Position numbers and translations under genes: made by a program
Part shown: piece after piece, positions 18,719 to 27,235 of the stretch
Position numbering within the stretch: the first letter of the stretch is position 1
Layout: each line of letters opens with the position of its first letter
Notes under the pieces: generated by a model
What the model was told of the DNA's origin: nothing
Database searches by the model: none
The model's input: only the letters and a program-made list of their open reading frames with translations
From: a virus
Lineage: Duplodnaviria; Caudoviricetes
Direction: 5' to 3' (one strand)
Virus record (IMG/VR): IMGVR_UViG_3300046791_000074
Coordinates: 1-53,327 of that record
DNA length: 53,327 nucleotides

Positions 18719-18852
18719 CCTAGGGGCACCCCTCGAGTGTTGGATCCGGCAAGGGACAGCTTGAGGGACTAGGTTACTCAGAGTGTAAGCCGGGTGTGTG
18801 TACCAGAGGATAGATGGTCTCCGTCCTCCGAGGAAAGCACCCGGCTTACACT
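18713..18852 (+). other. Two tandem long RNA hairpins
   Basis: GAGTAACCTAG/CTAGGTTACTC (18713/18769) and AGTGTAAGCCGGGTG/CACCCGGCTTACACT (18782/18838). Confidence 0.7.
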
Positions 18853-18888
18853 TTACCAGGAAGTTATACCAACTAGAACAGGACCAGC

Positions 18889-19098
18889 GTGCAGATCCAG
18901 GTCAGTGACGAAGATGCAGAGGTGCTAGGCCGCTGCGTCGAGATGATGATCGAACAGCACGAGCACGCCAAGGTACATACGGAATCGTGTGTCAGCGTGA
19001 CGGACGTTAATATGCTTACGGAAATCGTAGCTGACTATGACGCAACGCTAGTTGTGTTACGTAAGTTCCAACTAGAACTGGGGAGTGCAAGTGTCTGA
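18889..19098 (+). CDS. Hypothetical protein
   Basis: 69 aa ORF. Confidence 0.5.
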   Translation: MQIQVSDEDAEVLGRCVEMMIEQHEHAKVHTESCVSVTDVNMLTEIVADYDATLVVLRKFQLELGSASV

Positions 19099-19504
19099 GC
19101 TTGAGATGGAGGCTCCTGTTGCCGTCTTCCGTCACAGCCTGACGGTGTACGCGGAGATGGAGAACCAGTCTCGACTGGTGACGGTCGAGGGTATCAAGAT
19201 GCTCGTGTACGAGGGCAAGCTCACGGAGCTGGTCGTCAACACGTGCGAGCTCTCCGTACCGTACTACAGCAAGGTGACTCAGGCCCTCAAGGGTATGGGT
19301 TGCTGCAGGCAGCTTCGTCGTGGTGGAGGCCCTAGCCTTAGCCAGTGGGAGCTGATCAAGGAACCTACCGTCGAACTGTACGAGGAGTACATCTCGACGG
19401 GTGAGCAGGCTGAAGAGCCTACGCAGTTCGCAACGAAGCAAGAGGTTCGAGACGTCAACAACCGATTGATGACCGTCGAGAAGGCATTGGGGATTCGCAC
19501 ATGA
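19085..19504 (+). CDS. Hypothetical protein, possible winged helix
   Basis: YSKVTQALKGMGCCRQLRRGGG..SQWEL (helix then hairpin) plus a C-terminal coiled segment. Confidence 0.6.
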   Translation: MQVSELEMEAPVAVFRHSLTVYAEMENQSRLVTVEGIKMLVYEGKLTELVVNTCELSVPYYSKVTQALKGMGCCRQLRRGGGPSLSQWELIKEPTVELYEEYISTGEQAEEPTQFATKQEVRDVNNRLMTVEKALGIRT

Positions 19505-19833
19505 GTGCAACAACGTTCGAGGAAGCGAAGTGCTGCCCGAAGTGTAAGGAGCCGGGCGAGGACCGAAAGACCGAATCGGTCCCGAACAAGCCAGGCGTGA
19601 CGCTGCACTGGATCTACTGTGCAACGGCTCGCTGCAAGTGGTTCGACACGCCGTGGGCTGTGCAGGTCAACAAGGACGGAAGCATTCCGCCCGAGACCAA
19701 TCACACCGGCAAGCCCAAGATCTACCAGGGCTTCGAAGGTCACGACCAGATGGCCAACCAGATCCTCATAGCTGCCGAGAACGACCGACTCGCCAGCCTG
19801 GAGAAGCACTCCGAGATCAAGCGCCGGCGATGA
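19501..19833 (+). CDS. Zinc-ribbon protein
   Basis: CPKC...CATARC. Confidence 0.65.
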   Translation: MSATTFEEAKCCPKCKEPGEDRKTESVPNKPGVTLHWIYCATARCKWFDTPWAVQVNKDGSIPPETNHTGKPKIYQGFEGHDQMANQILIAAENDRLASLEKHSEIKRRR

Positions 19834-19964
19834 AGATCAGGATCTGGAAGTGGGAGTATGACGTTCGTAAGGGCGACGTCATGCTTCTGCTATCTTCCCT
19901 TACCTGGATCGGCATAGTGCTCTTCGTACTTTTCCTCATGCTCGTTCTAAATGAGCTACTCAGC

Positions 19965-20075
19965 TGAGACTAGTAGTTAGACCGCTGAGACCTAAGGTTA
20001 GACTCGTTGGAATAGCTGGTCTAGTACTAGTTATCGAGCTGAGGATCTTGCTAGTTAGACTCTCAGCTAGACTGA
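19965..20075 (+). repeat. TTAGAC/TGAGAC intergenic element, copy A
   Basis: Hexamers at 19965, 19977, 19986 and 19998; homologous to 39990-40095 and 49103-49123. Confidence 0.8.
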
Positions 20076-20109
20076 GCACAGAGGTTGTGTAGAGACCACA
20101 GGAGGATCG

Positions 20110-20292
20110 GTGAGCCAGCTCCGGTTGATGGCAGTTAAGGACTATGCCACGTCGAGAGGCTTAAGTCCTCAGCTGGTGCACTACTACATTCGTACGGGTA
20201 AGCTTGAAGAGGACCAGTGCGAGTGCGGTCGAAGGTGTGTACGTGTCGAGGAGGCAGACGCCTTCTTCAAAGAGAAGGGAAAGATCGAATGA
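20110..20292 (+). CDS. Excisionase/MerR-like HTH protein
   Basis: MAVKDYATSRGLSPQLVHYYIRTGKL...RVEEADAF. Confidence 0.75.
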   Translation: MSQLRLMAVKDYATSRGLSPQLVHYYIRTGKLEEDQCECGRRCVRVEEADAFFKEKGKIE

Positions 20293-20486
20293 ACGAGACC
20301 GGTCCGGTGATCGGAGAGGTTCGTGGATCATAACCACCCGCTATGGGATGTCTGGGCCGATGGCGGTCGGACTCCTATGGCTACGGAGCTGACACTGGAA
20401 GAAGCCATCGAGGTCATGGGTGAGAGCCCGTCGACCCGGTACATCAACTGTTCTGCCTGTGGTGCTCCACATATCCCGGAGGCATA

Positions 20487-22049
20487 ATGAGAGAGAAGTT
20501 CCAGCTGTCGAAGTTCCAGATCGAAGACACGATCAGGATTGTCAAGGCTGGAAGCGGTGCGAACGGCTCCGAGATGGGTAGTGGTAAGACCCACGTAGGG
20601 ATTGCCTGTGACACGATCTGGTACAAGACGGCCAAGGTCAAGTCACCGACACTAGTCGTTGCACCTATCAACGTCTTCCAGTCCTGGGTTGACAAGTACA
20701 AGTGGCAGTCACCTGAGACAGAAGTGTTCGTGATCGACCGTAAGAACCGCCCGGCTTTCATCGAGGCCATCAAGAAGGGTAAGGCGGATGTCTACATCTG
20801 TCACTGGGACGCGCTCCGACTTCTTCCGGAGCTCAGCAAGATCCGCTTCAATACCGTCATCGCGGATGAAGCCCACCGCGCCTCGAATCGGAAGGCGCAA
20901 GCGACCCAGGCACTCAAGCGTATCCCAACCGTACATAAGCTGGCTCTGTCTGGCACTCTTAGTGGCGATCAGCCTCAAAATCTCTGGTCGGTACTGAACT
21001 GGCTTTGGCCTAAGGTGTACTCCAGCTTCTGGAAGTTCGACAAGCACTACGTTATCAGAGGCATGGACGCTACAGGTAGCTACATGGTCGTCAAGGGTGT
21101 ACAGAACGCTCAGGCTCTGAAGAAGGAGATGAGTCCGTGGTTCGTTCGACACCTGAAGAAGGAACAGTGCTGCCCGGACCACCCCGATGGCGTCATGTCG
21201 TACTTGCCGGACAAGACGTACGACACAGTGTGGGTGGATCTGTCACCAGAACAGCGCCGAGTGTACAAGCAGATGTCGGAACAGATGGTAGCCTGGGTGA
21301 ACGAGAACCAGTCTACTCCGCTGGTTGCAGCAGTTGCCGTTGCCAAACTAACTCGGCTGAGTCAAATTGCACTCGCTACACCAGAGATCCGAGTAGAGAC
21401 GAAACGCCGTAAGGTGAAGCGGTGGGCTATTGCTTCGACGGGTGAGCTGATCAAGACACGTGACCAGTACAACGACCTCCTGTCGAACAAGGTACCGGTG
21501 AAGAGGATCGATGTGCTCGAGCCGTACGAAGCTCAGGTCGTCTACCTCAAGCTGCCGAGTACCAAGGTCGAAGCAGTGCTGGACATCCTCAAGGAACACC
21601 CAGAGAAGAAGTTCGTCCTGTGGTCAGCTTCCAAGAAGATGTGCTACCTGTTGCAGAAGGCTCTACTGGATCACAAGATCAAGGCACACGTCCTCAGCGG
21701 AGACACTCCACAGGGGCAGCGTGACTCGATGCTGGCGAACTGGCAGACGGACGACTACCAGGCATTCATTGGTGTCATCTCTGCTGCTGGTGAAGGCATC
21801 GACGGACTCCAGCTGACGAGCGACACAGCTATCTTCCTGGACCGAGACTGGTCGACCAAGGCGAACAAGCAGGCCGAGGATCGTCTGCATCGACCAGGAC
21901 AGAAGAACAACGTCAACATCATCGACATCATGGCCAAGGATACCGTGGACCTCGGACGCCATACCCGCCTCGCTGAGAAGTGGGAATGGATCAGAGCGAT
22001 CCTCGGAGACAAGGTCAACCAGAAGACTGGGGAGATCAAAGCCGCATGA
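20487..22049 (+). CDS. SNF2-family helicase
   Basis: EMGSGKT, DEAH, LSGT, GEGIDGL and QAEDRLHRPGQ motifs. Confidence 0.93.
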   Translation: MREKFQLSKFQIEDTIRIVKAGSGANGSEMGSGKTHVGIACDTIWYKTAKVKSPTLVVAPINVFQSWVDKYKWQSPETEVFVIDRKNRPAFIEAIKKGKADVYICHWDALRLLPELSKIRFNTVIADEAHRASNRKAQATQALKRIPTVHKLALSGTLSGDQPQNLWSVLNWLWPKVYSSFWKFDKHYVIRGMDATGSYMVVKGVQNAQALKKEMSPWFVRHLKKEQCCPDHPDGVMSYLPDKTYDTVWVDLSPEQRRVYKQMSEQMVAWVNENQSTPLVAAVAVAKLTRLSQIALATPEIRVETKRRKVKRWAIASTGELIKTRDQYNDLLSNKVPVKRIDVLEPYEAQVVYLKLPSTKVEAVLDILKEHPEKKFVLWSASKKMCYLLQKALLDHKIKAHVLSGDTPQGQRDSMLANWQTDDYQAFIGVISAAGEGIDGLQLTSDTAIFLDRDWSTKANKQAEDRLHRPGQKNNVNIIDIMAKDTVDLGRHTRLAEKWEWIRAILGDKVNQKTGEIKAA

Positions 22050-22440
22050 AGGTCAACCACAACTACTACGTCATTCAGGGCGTTACGGACGTCGACAAGA
22101 TGCGTGACGAAGCGTACCGGAAGTCTCAGGGCGACTACTACGCGGAGCCCGAGACTTCAGTCCTGCACCATCACAAGCAGACCGAGGAGTGCAAGAACGA
22201 GCCCGAGAAGCACGAGATCTGGTTGAAGAAGGAGAAGGAGTAGTGCCGCACAGAGTTGATTGGAACACCTACGGTCCAGACAACACAGCGAGTCCGGAGC
22301 CGACGCAGCACCAGTTGGAGAAGTCGGATCAGTTCAGGACGTATCGGGACTTCTCAAGAAGCTTCCTCGATATGGGAAGCAACAACGTGCAGGGTCGCAC
22401 ACTGCCAAACAATCCGCCACTACAGCAAGGAGAGTCGACC

Positions 22441-22779
22441 ATGATCGACAAGGAGACCGCTGACAGTCTGGAGCGTCAGGCAGCACGACTGATGGAACGG
22501 GCCGCAGAGGTCCGCGCACGCTACGAACGCTTCGGTGTGGACGACTTCGAACCGGGAGCGGTCATCGTCTTCAACAAACGGTTCAACGAGTACGGCGGAC
22601 GTTCGATCCCGTGGAGCAAGCCATACTTCTACGCAGCCACCAAAGACCCGAACGGCCTGTGGTCTACTACGGGACCTCGTTCGCCGAAGGGTTACACCTG
22701 GGACGAGCTCATCCGGTGGATGGGTGAAGGCGTTACGAACATCAGCTACGTCTCGGAGCTCACGGAGTTCGTCGGATGA
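22441..22779 (+). CDS. Hypothetical protein
   Basis: Start MIDKETA after AAGGAG. Confidence 0.6.
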   Translation: MIDKETADSLERQAARLMERAAEVRARYERFGVDDFEPGAVIVFNKRFNEYGGRSIPWSKPYFYAATKDPNGLWSTTGPRSPKGYTWDELIRWMGEGVTNISYVSELTEFVG

Positions 22780-23102
22780 TCGAGTACAAGGATAGCGGCG
22801 AGCCGATCCCCGATGGCCGTCTGGTCGTCACGGTGTCTCGAGAGCTTGCCAATGCTTGGGACCCGCGCAGCGAGGGTTTCGAACACTTGGCAGAGGACAC
22901 CTACACCTACTGGTTCAAGGAGATCAGGTCGCACATGCGACTCGATGGCTGTTTCCTGATCAACTTCGCGGACGACCACCCCGAGCGGGCGAACACACGC
23001 CTCGAGATCCCCTTGGTTCACATCCTCGCCATCGAGGTGCACATGAACTCCCGAATGGTCATCGACGCACGAAGGACATGGAAGGCACTCAATGGCAGTT
23101 AG
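22776..23102 (+). CDS. Hypothetical protein
   Basis: 108 aa, coupled to the upstream gene. Confidence 0.6.
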   Translation: MIEYKDSGEPIPDGRLVVTVSRELANAWDPRSEGFEHLAEDTYTYWFKEIRSHMRLDGCFLINFADDHPERANTRLEIPLVHILAIEVHMNSRMVIDARRTWKALNGS

Positions 23103-23538
23103 AGTCGTAGTCGAGTTCGAGTCGGACGACGACGCCAAGCGCTTCGTCAAGGGCATGATGAACGATGACATCGTCATCACCGAGAACGTCCTGGCTAGTG
23201 ATGGTCAGTACTCATTGGCCTACAACGTCGTCAAGGCTATCGTCACGGCGGCGTACAAGAAGCCGACGAAGTTCTGCGAACCAGACGACGGCCACCGCGG
23301 GCGGAAGAGAACCACAGGGTGGACTCGTGGTAGGAAGTACGGCTGGTGGGTTTGCGGAGTGTGCGGCAAGCCGACCAAGAAGTGGGCCACTGGAGACATA
23401 TGGCAGTACTCCATGGGCTACAACCTACTGCCACCAGAGGTATCGGACCTCGACCGAGGCGTCCGTAGCACAGTCGAATGGACTGCCGAAGAGCTCGGCG
23501 TCGAAGCAACTACTCCGAAGGATGATGACAATGGGTAA
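23092..23538 (+). CDS. Hypothetical protein with a zinc-binding motif
   Basis: PTKFC....H...GWWVCGVCGKP. Confidence 0.65.
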   Translation: MAVRVVVEFESDDDAKRFVKGMMNDDIVITENVLASDGQYSLAYNVVKAIVTAAYKKPTKFCEPDDGHRGRKRTTGWTRGRKYGWWVCGVCGKPTKKWATGDIWQYSMGYNLLPPEVSDLDRGVRSTVEWTAEELGVEATTPKDDDNG

Positions 23539-24007
23539 GGTCGTCACGATCGAGTTCGACTCTGAAGAGTCGGCCGAGGCCTACAAGACAACCATTGAAG
23601 AGACGCTCTTTATGGTAGGCAGAGCAGGTGTAGGTTTCCTAGGTGTGAGGAAGGTAGAGCTGGACTATCATACTCCTCACGAGCTGTACGAACACCGCTA
23701 CGAGCTATGGCGTGCACTCTGCTTCACCGGTACCTACCGTCTCAAGGCTTGGCGCTCGCGTCTCCATCAAGACGGTACGATGTTCAAGGACTCGTTTATC
23801 GTCGGCATCAACCTCGTTCGGAGTCACAGTGCCTTCAGTACTCGGCGCAACGACATCACGTACCACCTCCCGCTGAGCTGGTGGGACAAGTTCGAAGGCA
23901 TCACCACCTACGATAAGGCTCCCGAGTACGACGGAGCTACTCCGGAGGAGGGCCTCAAGCGTCTGGCTGAGTACACCGACTGGAGCATGGGACCCACTAC
24001 TCGTTGA
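23531..24007 (+). CDS. Conserved phage protein (HTxxELYxHR...ITYHLP...APEYDG family)
   Basis: Recognisable motif string; function unknown. Confidence 0.65.
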   Translation: MGKVVTIEFDSEESAEAYKTTIEETLFMVGRAGVGFLGVRKVELDYHTPHELYEHRYELWRALCFTGTYRLKAWRSRLHQDGTMFKDSFIVGINLVRSHSAFSTRRNDITYHLPLSWWDKFEGITTYDKAPEYDGATPEEGLKRLAEYTDWSMGPTTR

Positions 24008-24029
24008 CACTTGGTCGTCAAGGAAAAAC

Positions 24030-24059
24030 TTGACTACACAAGGGTGACTCCTATATAAT
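24030..24059 (+). promoter_or_regulatory. Sigma70-type promoter
   Basis: TTGACT-N18-TATAAT upstream of 24084. Confidence 0.7.
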
Positions 24060-24083
24060 TAGAGTATCGAGACCGCAGAAAGG

Positions 24084-25358
24084 ATGCCAGTGGACTTCAA
24101 CTGGTACGTGGACCGTCGCCTTGTGCATGAGTTCCATACGTCCGAGCGGAAGTCATTCCGAGGCTGCCGTCGTCGATGGGACTGGGTCTTCCGTGAGGGC
24201 TTCTACCCGAAGATCACCCCCAAGCAGTTGGACTTCGGTACGGCCTATCACAAGGGTGAGGAGGTGTACTATGCACCAGAGACCTGGAGTCTCCCTCGTG
24301 GTCCCGTCCTCGAGCTAGCGATCAAGGCCTTCAAGGACAAGAACAACGAGCAGCGCGCCGCAGCCCACGACGCTCTGATGTACAAGACACCTGAAGAGAT
24401 CGATCAGGACTTCAACGATAGACGTGAGCTCGGTATCGGTATGCTTCGGTACCAGCACGACGTCATTAGCCCGAAGGAAGACCAGGACTGGAAGCCCGTC
24501 CGTGTCGAGATCCCCTTCATGGTTCCGATTCCCCATCCGGATACCAAGGAGCACATGTGGTGTGAGTGCGACGCCTGCAAGCACAAGTACATTGCATGGC
24601 TGCACAAGATGGCAGAAGAGGAAGGCATTACCAGTACACCTCCCACCTTCGAAGACTACGACTGGAAAGGGTCTAAGGTCTGGAAAGGTCTGCCGGTTGT
24701 CTACGCAGGTCGTATTGACTGTCTGGGGGAAGACGACAACGGTGACCTATGGATCATCGATTGGAAGACCGCAGCTCGTATCCCGGATGACCATTCGTTC
24801 CTCGACCTTGACGACCAGGTTGCCTCGTACTGCTGGGCTCTGTGGTCTATTGGAATGAACGTTCGCGGGTTCATCTACCACGAACAGAAGAAGGGGTACC
24901 CGCTACCCCCTCCCAAGAACAAGAACGTTCGGTTGGGTCGATCCTACTCGGTCAAGGCCGACATGGACACCGACTACGAGATGTACCTGAAGACCGTTAG
25001 CGAGGGCGACCAGACAGCCTACAAGGTCGGACTGTATGATACGTACCTCAACTACCTCAAGGTAGAGGGTGCAACCTTCTACTACAGGGAGCAGATCTAC
25101 AAGACCGAGGACGAGCTCTTGAATGTCCAGGAGAACCTTGGCCTGGAAGTGTTGGACATGCTAGCAGCTGACCTCCGCATCTATCCTAACCCGCACAGGT
25201 CTGGTTGGGGAGGTTGTAGCGGCTGTGCATTCATTCAGCCCTGCACCGAGAAGAACCGTGGCGGAGACTATCAGTACGGCCTCGAGACCATGTACGATCG
25301 ACGTGAGGCGTACTACCTTCGTGAAGAGCCTTCTACGGATAAGAAGAGTGCAGAATGA
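24084..25358 (+). CDS. PD-(D/E)XK (Cas4/RecB-like) exonuclease
   Basis: CRRRW...FGTAYH...VEIPF...GRIDCL...IIDWKT...QVASY...CSGCAF..PC. Confidence 0.9.
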   Translation: MPVDFNWYVDRRLVHEFHTSERKSFRGCRRRWDWVFREGFYPKITPKQLDFGTAYHKGEEVYYAPETWSLPRGPVLELAIKAFKDKNNEQRAAAHDALMYKTPEEIDQDFNDRRELGIGMLRYQHDVISPKEDQDWKPVRVEIPFMVPIPHPDTKEHMWCECDACKHKYIAWLHKMAEEEGITSTPPTFEDYDWKGSKVWKGLPVVYAGRIDCLGEDDNGDLWIIDWKTAARIPDDHSFLDLDDQVASYCWALWSIGMNVRGFIYHEQKKGYPLPPPKNKNVRLGRSYSVKADMDTDYEMYLKTVSEGDQTAYKVGLYDTYLNYLKVEGATFYYREQIYKTEDELLNVQENLGLEVLDMLAADLRIYPNPHRSGWGGCSGCAFIQPCTEKNRGGDYQYGLETMYDRREAYYLREEPSTDKKSAE

Positions 25359-25621
25359 ACCCGTTCCTACTCAGCCCCACACCTGACTTCGCTGTGCCTC
25401 GTAAGGCCAAGAGCCAGACCATGGTGACCAAAGAACCACCCAAGCATGCGAAGCGCTGCGTGAACGACCACCCATCCTGGAACCTGTATTGGGTTCGCAT
25501 TAGCCCTACTGAATCGGAACAGCGTTGCCGTTTGTGTGACTAGTAAGGCTGGCGGGTGTCAAGGCAATGGGATGTCGGGTGCATCCGCCAGTCTAATCCC
25601 ATCCCAACAGAAAGAGACACG

Positions 25622-27172
25622 ATGAAGATACGAAGGAGAGTTGCTGCCCTGGTGGTTGCAGCCCTGAGTGTTACGGGGTTGGCTCTCGTCGCCGAGACGG
25701 TGAAGGCTCCACCCGCACAGGCGGCTACGGCAACTGGCATTCACACCCTGTACTACGAGTGTCACAACGGGTCGCACAACTCGACGACCAGCTTCACGTA
25801 CGACATGACCTTCACCGGAACCAGCAACGACGGTCACACCAACAACTACACGTTCCAGATGCTGTCGTCTCACTACACCGGGACGACGCCGAGCGCTGGG
25901 CGTGGACCGACGCTCGCAATCACCTTCTCTGGCAAGAAGGCCAACGGCGGCGACTTGTGGTTGTCGTCCGGATTCGGAGGCTCGCAAGGCATCACCAACT
26001 ACGTGTGGCCGCGAAACACGGCGTTGAACGGAGCGACGCTGACTGACGGGATCAATGTCGACTGGGGTGCTCTGGAGCTCACGGTGACGCCGGAGTACGA
26101 GGGAAACCTTTGGGCGAACTACTACCAGTACAGCCAGGGGCCCTGCTCGGTCTTCACCGACCTTGGATTCCCGGACGAGCCCCAGACGGGTGCACTCTCG
26201 CGGACGATGAACTGTGATGCCTCGAACGGTACACTGAGTGATCCCGATTGGGAAGACCACCTCACCTTCGATTACAACCTGACTCGGATTGGGGGCAATC
26301 ACTTCAGTCTCCAGGTGACAGAGGCTGAGTGGATCAACGGCGACGGAAGTGGCGTGTTCGGCCCGGACTTGCCGAGCGAGATCGCTCTCGTGCTGAAAGG
26401 TGCTCGAAACCAGACGGGGCTGATCTTGGACTCCGGAACACCTAACTGGACCCGAATGGGTTCTGTCACCAACGACAGCTTCCACGAGGTCGACGGACTG
26501 TTCGGTGTGAGCTTCCCGACGATCGAGTTTGACTACATGCCTGGTGACAACCCGATCATCGCAGGACAGTTCACACGGACGTACTTGGGCTTCCCGGAGG
26601 CGACTCACGACGTGACGTGTGAGGCGGAACTGCCGCTGGCGAAGCTGTTCTCCGGGAACATCGATTCCGATCCGCAGTACGAGGACATCACGTTCGACGA
26701 CTGCTCCTCCAATCCCACACAGGTCAGCATCAAGCCGATCTGGGAGCGGACGAGCGACAACTTCACCTACCGCCTCAAGGCGCTGTCAGTCTACCAGCTG
26801 AACAGCTCGGGGTCGAAGATCGTTCTCGACGCTGGGACGTCATCGACTCCGGGCGGCATCACGCTGTCGAACCAAACCGGGATCTTGCCGAACAACCTGG
26901 TGACGCTGAGCAGCAACGTCAGCCTTGCCAATCGGACGATCCTCAACAACACCACCAAGGTCTTCGCAGTCAACGACCCTGGGTCGTGGACGCGAATGAA
27001 CCTACCGTACCCCGAGTCCACGGCGATGTCGAGCATCTACATCGAGGACGACGAACACCCGAAGCTCACCATCCGGGCGAAGGTGTACAGCTCCACGGGT
27101 GTGGAGTGTGTCCCCAGCGTGCCAGGCGGCTCCGGTGACATCAGCGAGTTGGACTACGCACCCAACCCGTAG
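25622..27172 (+). CDS. Large secreted beta-rich protein
   Basis: Signal peptide MKIRRRVAALVVAALSVTGLALVA...AQA; Ser/Thr/Gly/Asn-rich; six Cys in three spaced pairs. Confidence 0.8.
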   Translation: MKIRRRVAALVVAALSVTGLALVAETVKAPPAQAATATGIHTLYYECHNGSHNSTTSFTYDMTFTGTSNDGHTNNYTFQMLSSHYTGTTPSAGRGPTLAITFSGKKANGGDLWLSSGFGGSQGITNYVWPRNTALNGATLTDGINVDWGALELTVTPEYEGNLWANYYQYSQGPCSVFTDLGFPDEPQTGALSRTMNCDASNGTLSDPDWEDHLTFDYNLTRIGGNHFSLQVTEAEWINGDGSGVFGPDLPSEIALVLKGARNQTGLILDSGTPNWTRMGSVTNDSFHEVDGLFGVSFPTIEFDYMPGDNPIIAGQFTRTYLGFPEATHDVTCEAELPLAKLFSGNIDSDPQYEDITFDDCSSNPTQVSIKPIWERTSDNFTYRLKALSVYQLNSSGSKIVLDAGTSSTPGGITLSNQTGILPNNLVTLSSNVSLANRTILNNTTKVFAVNDPGSWTRMNLPYPESTAMSSIYIEDDEHPKLTIRAKVYSSTGVECVPSVPGGSGDISELDYAPNP

Positions 27173-27235
27173 CACGGCTGGCCCCGGCAGGGTCTATATG
27201 GGTCTGTCGGGGCACTCAGACAACTAGGAGGAACT

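Noticed and set aside
19965-20075. TTAGAC repeats as a mini-CRISPR array
   Set aside because: Units are 6 bp with 3-6 bp gaps, far too short for repeat-spacer architecture.
24084-25358. Cas4-like gene as part of a CRISPR system
   Set aside because: No repeat-spacer array or other cas genes; it fits the standard phage nuclease/Sak4/SSB module.
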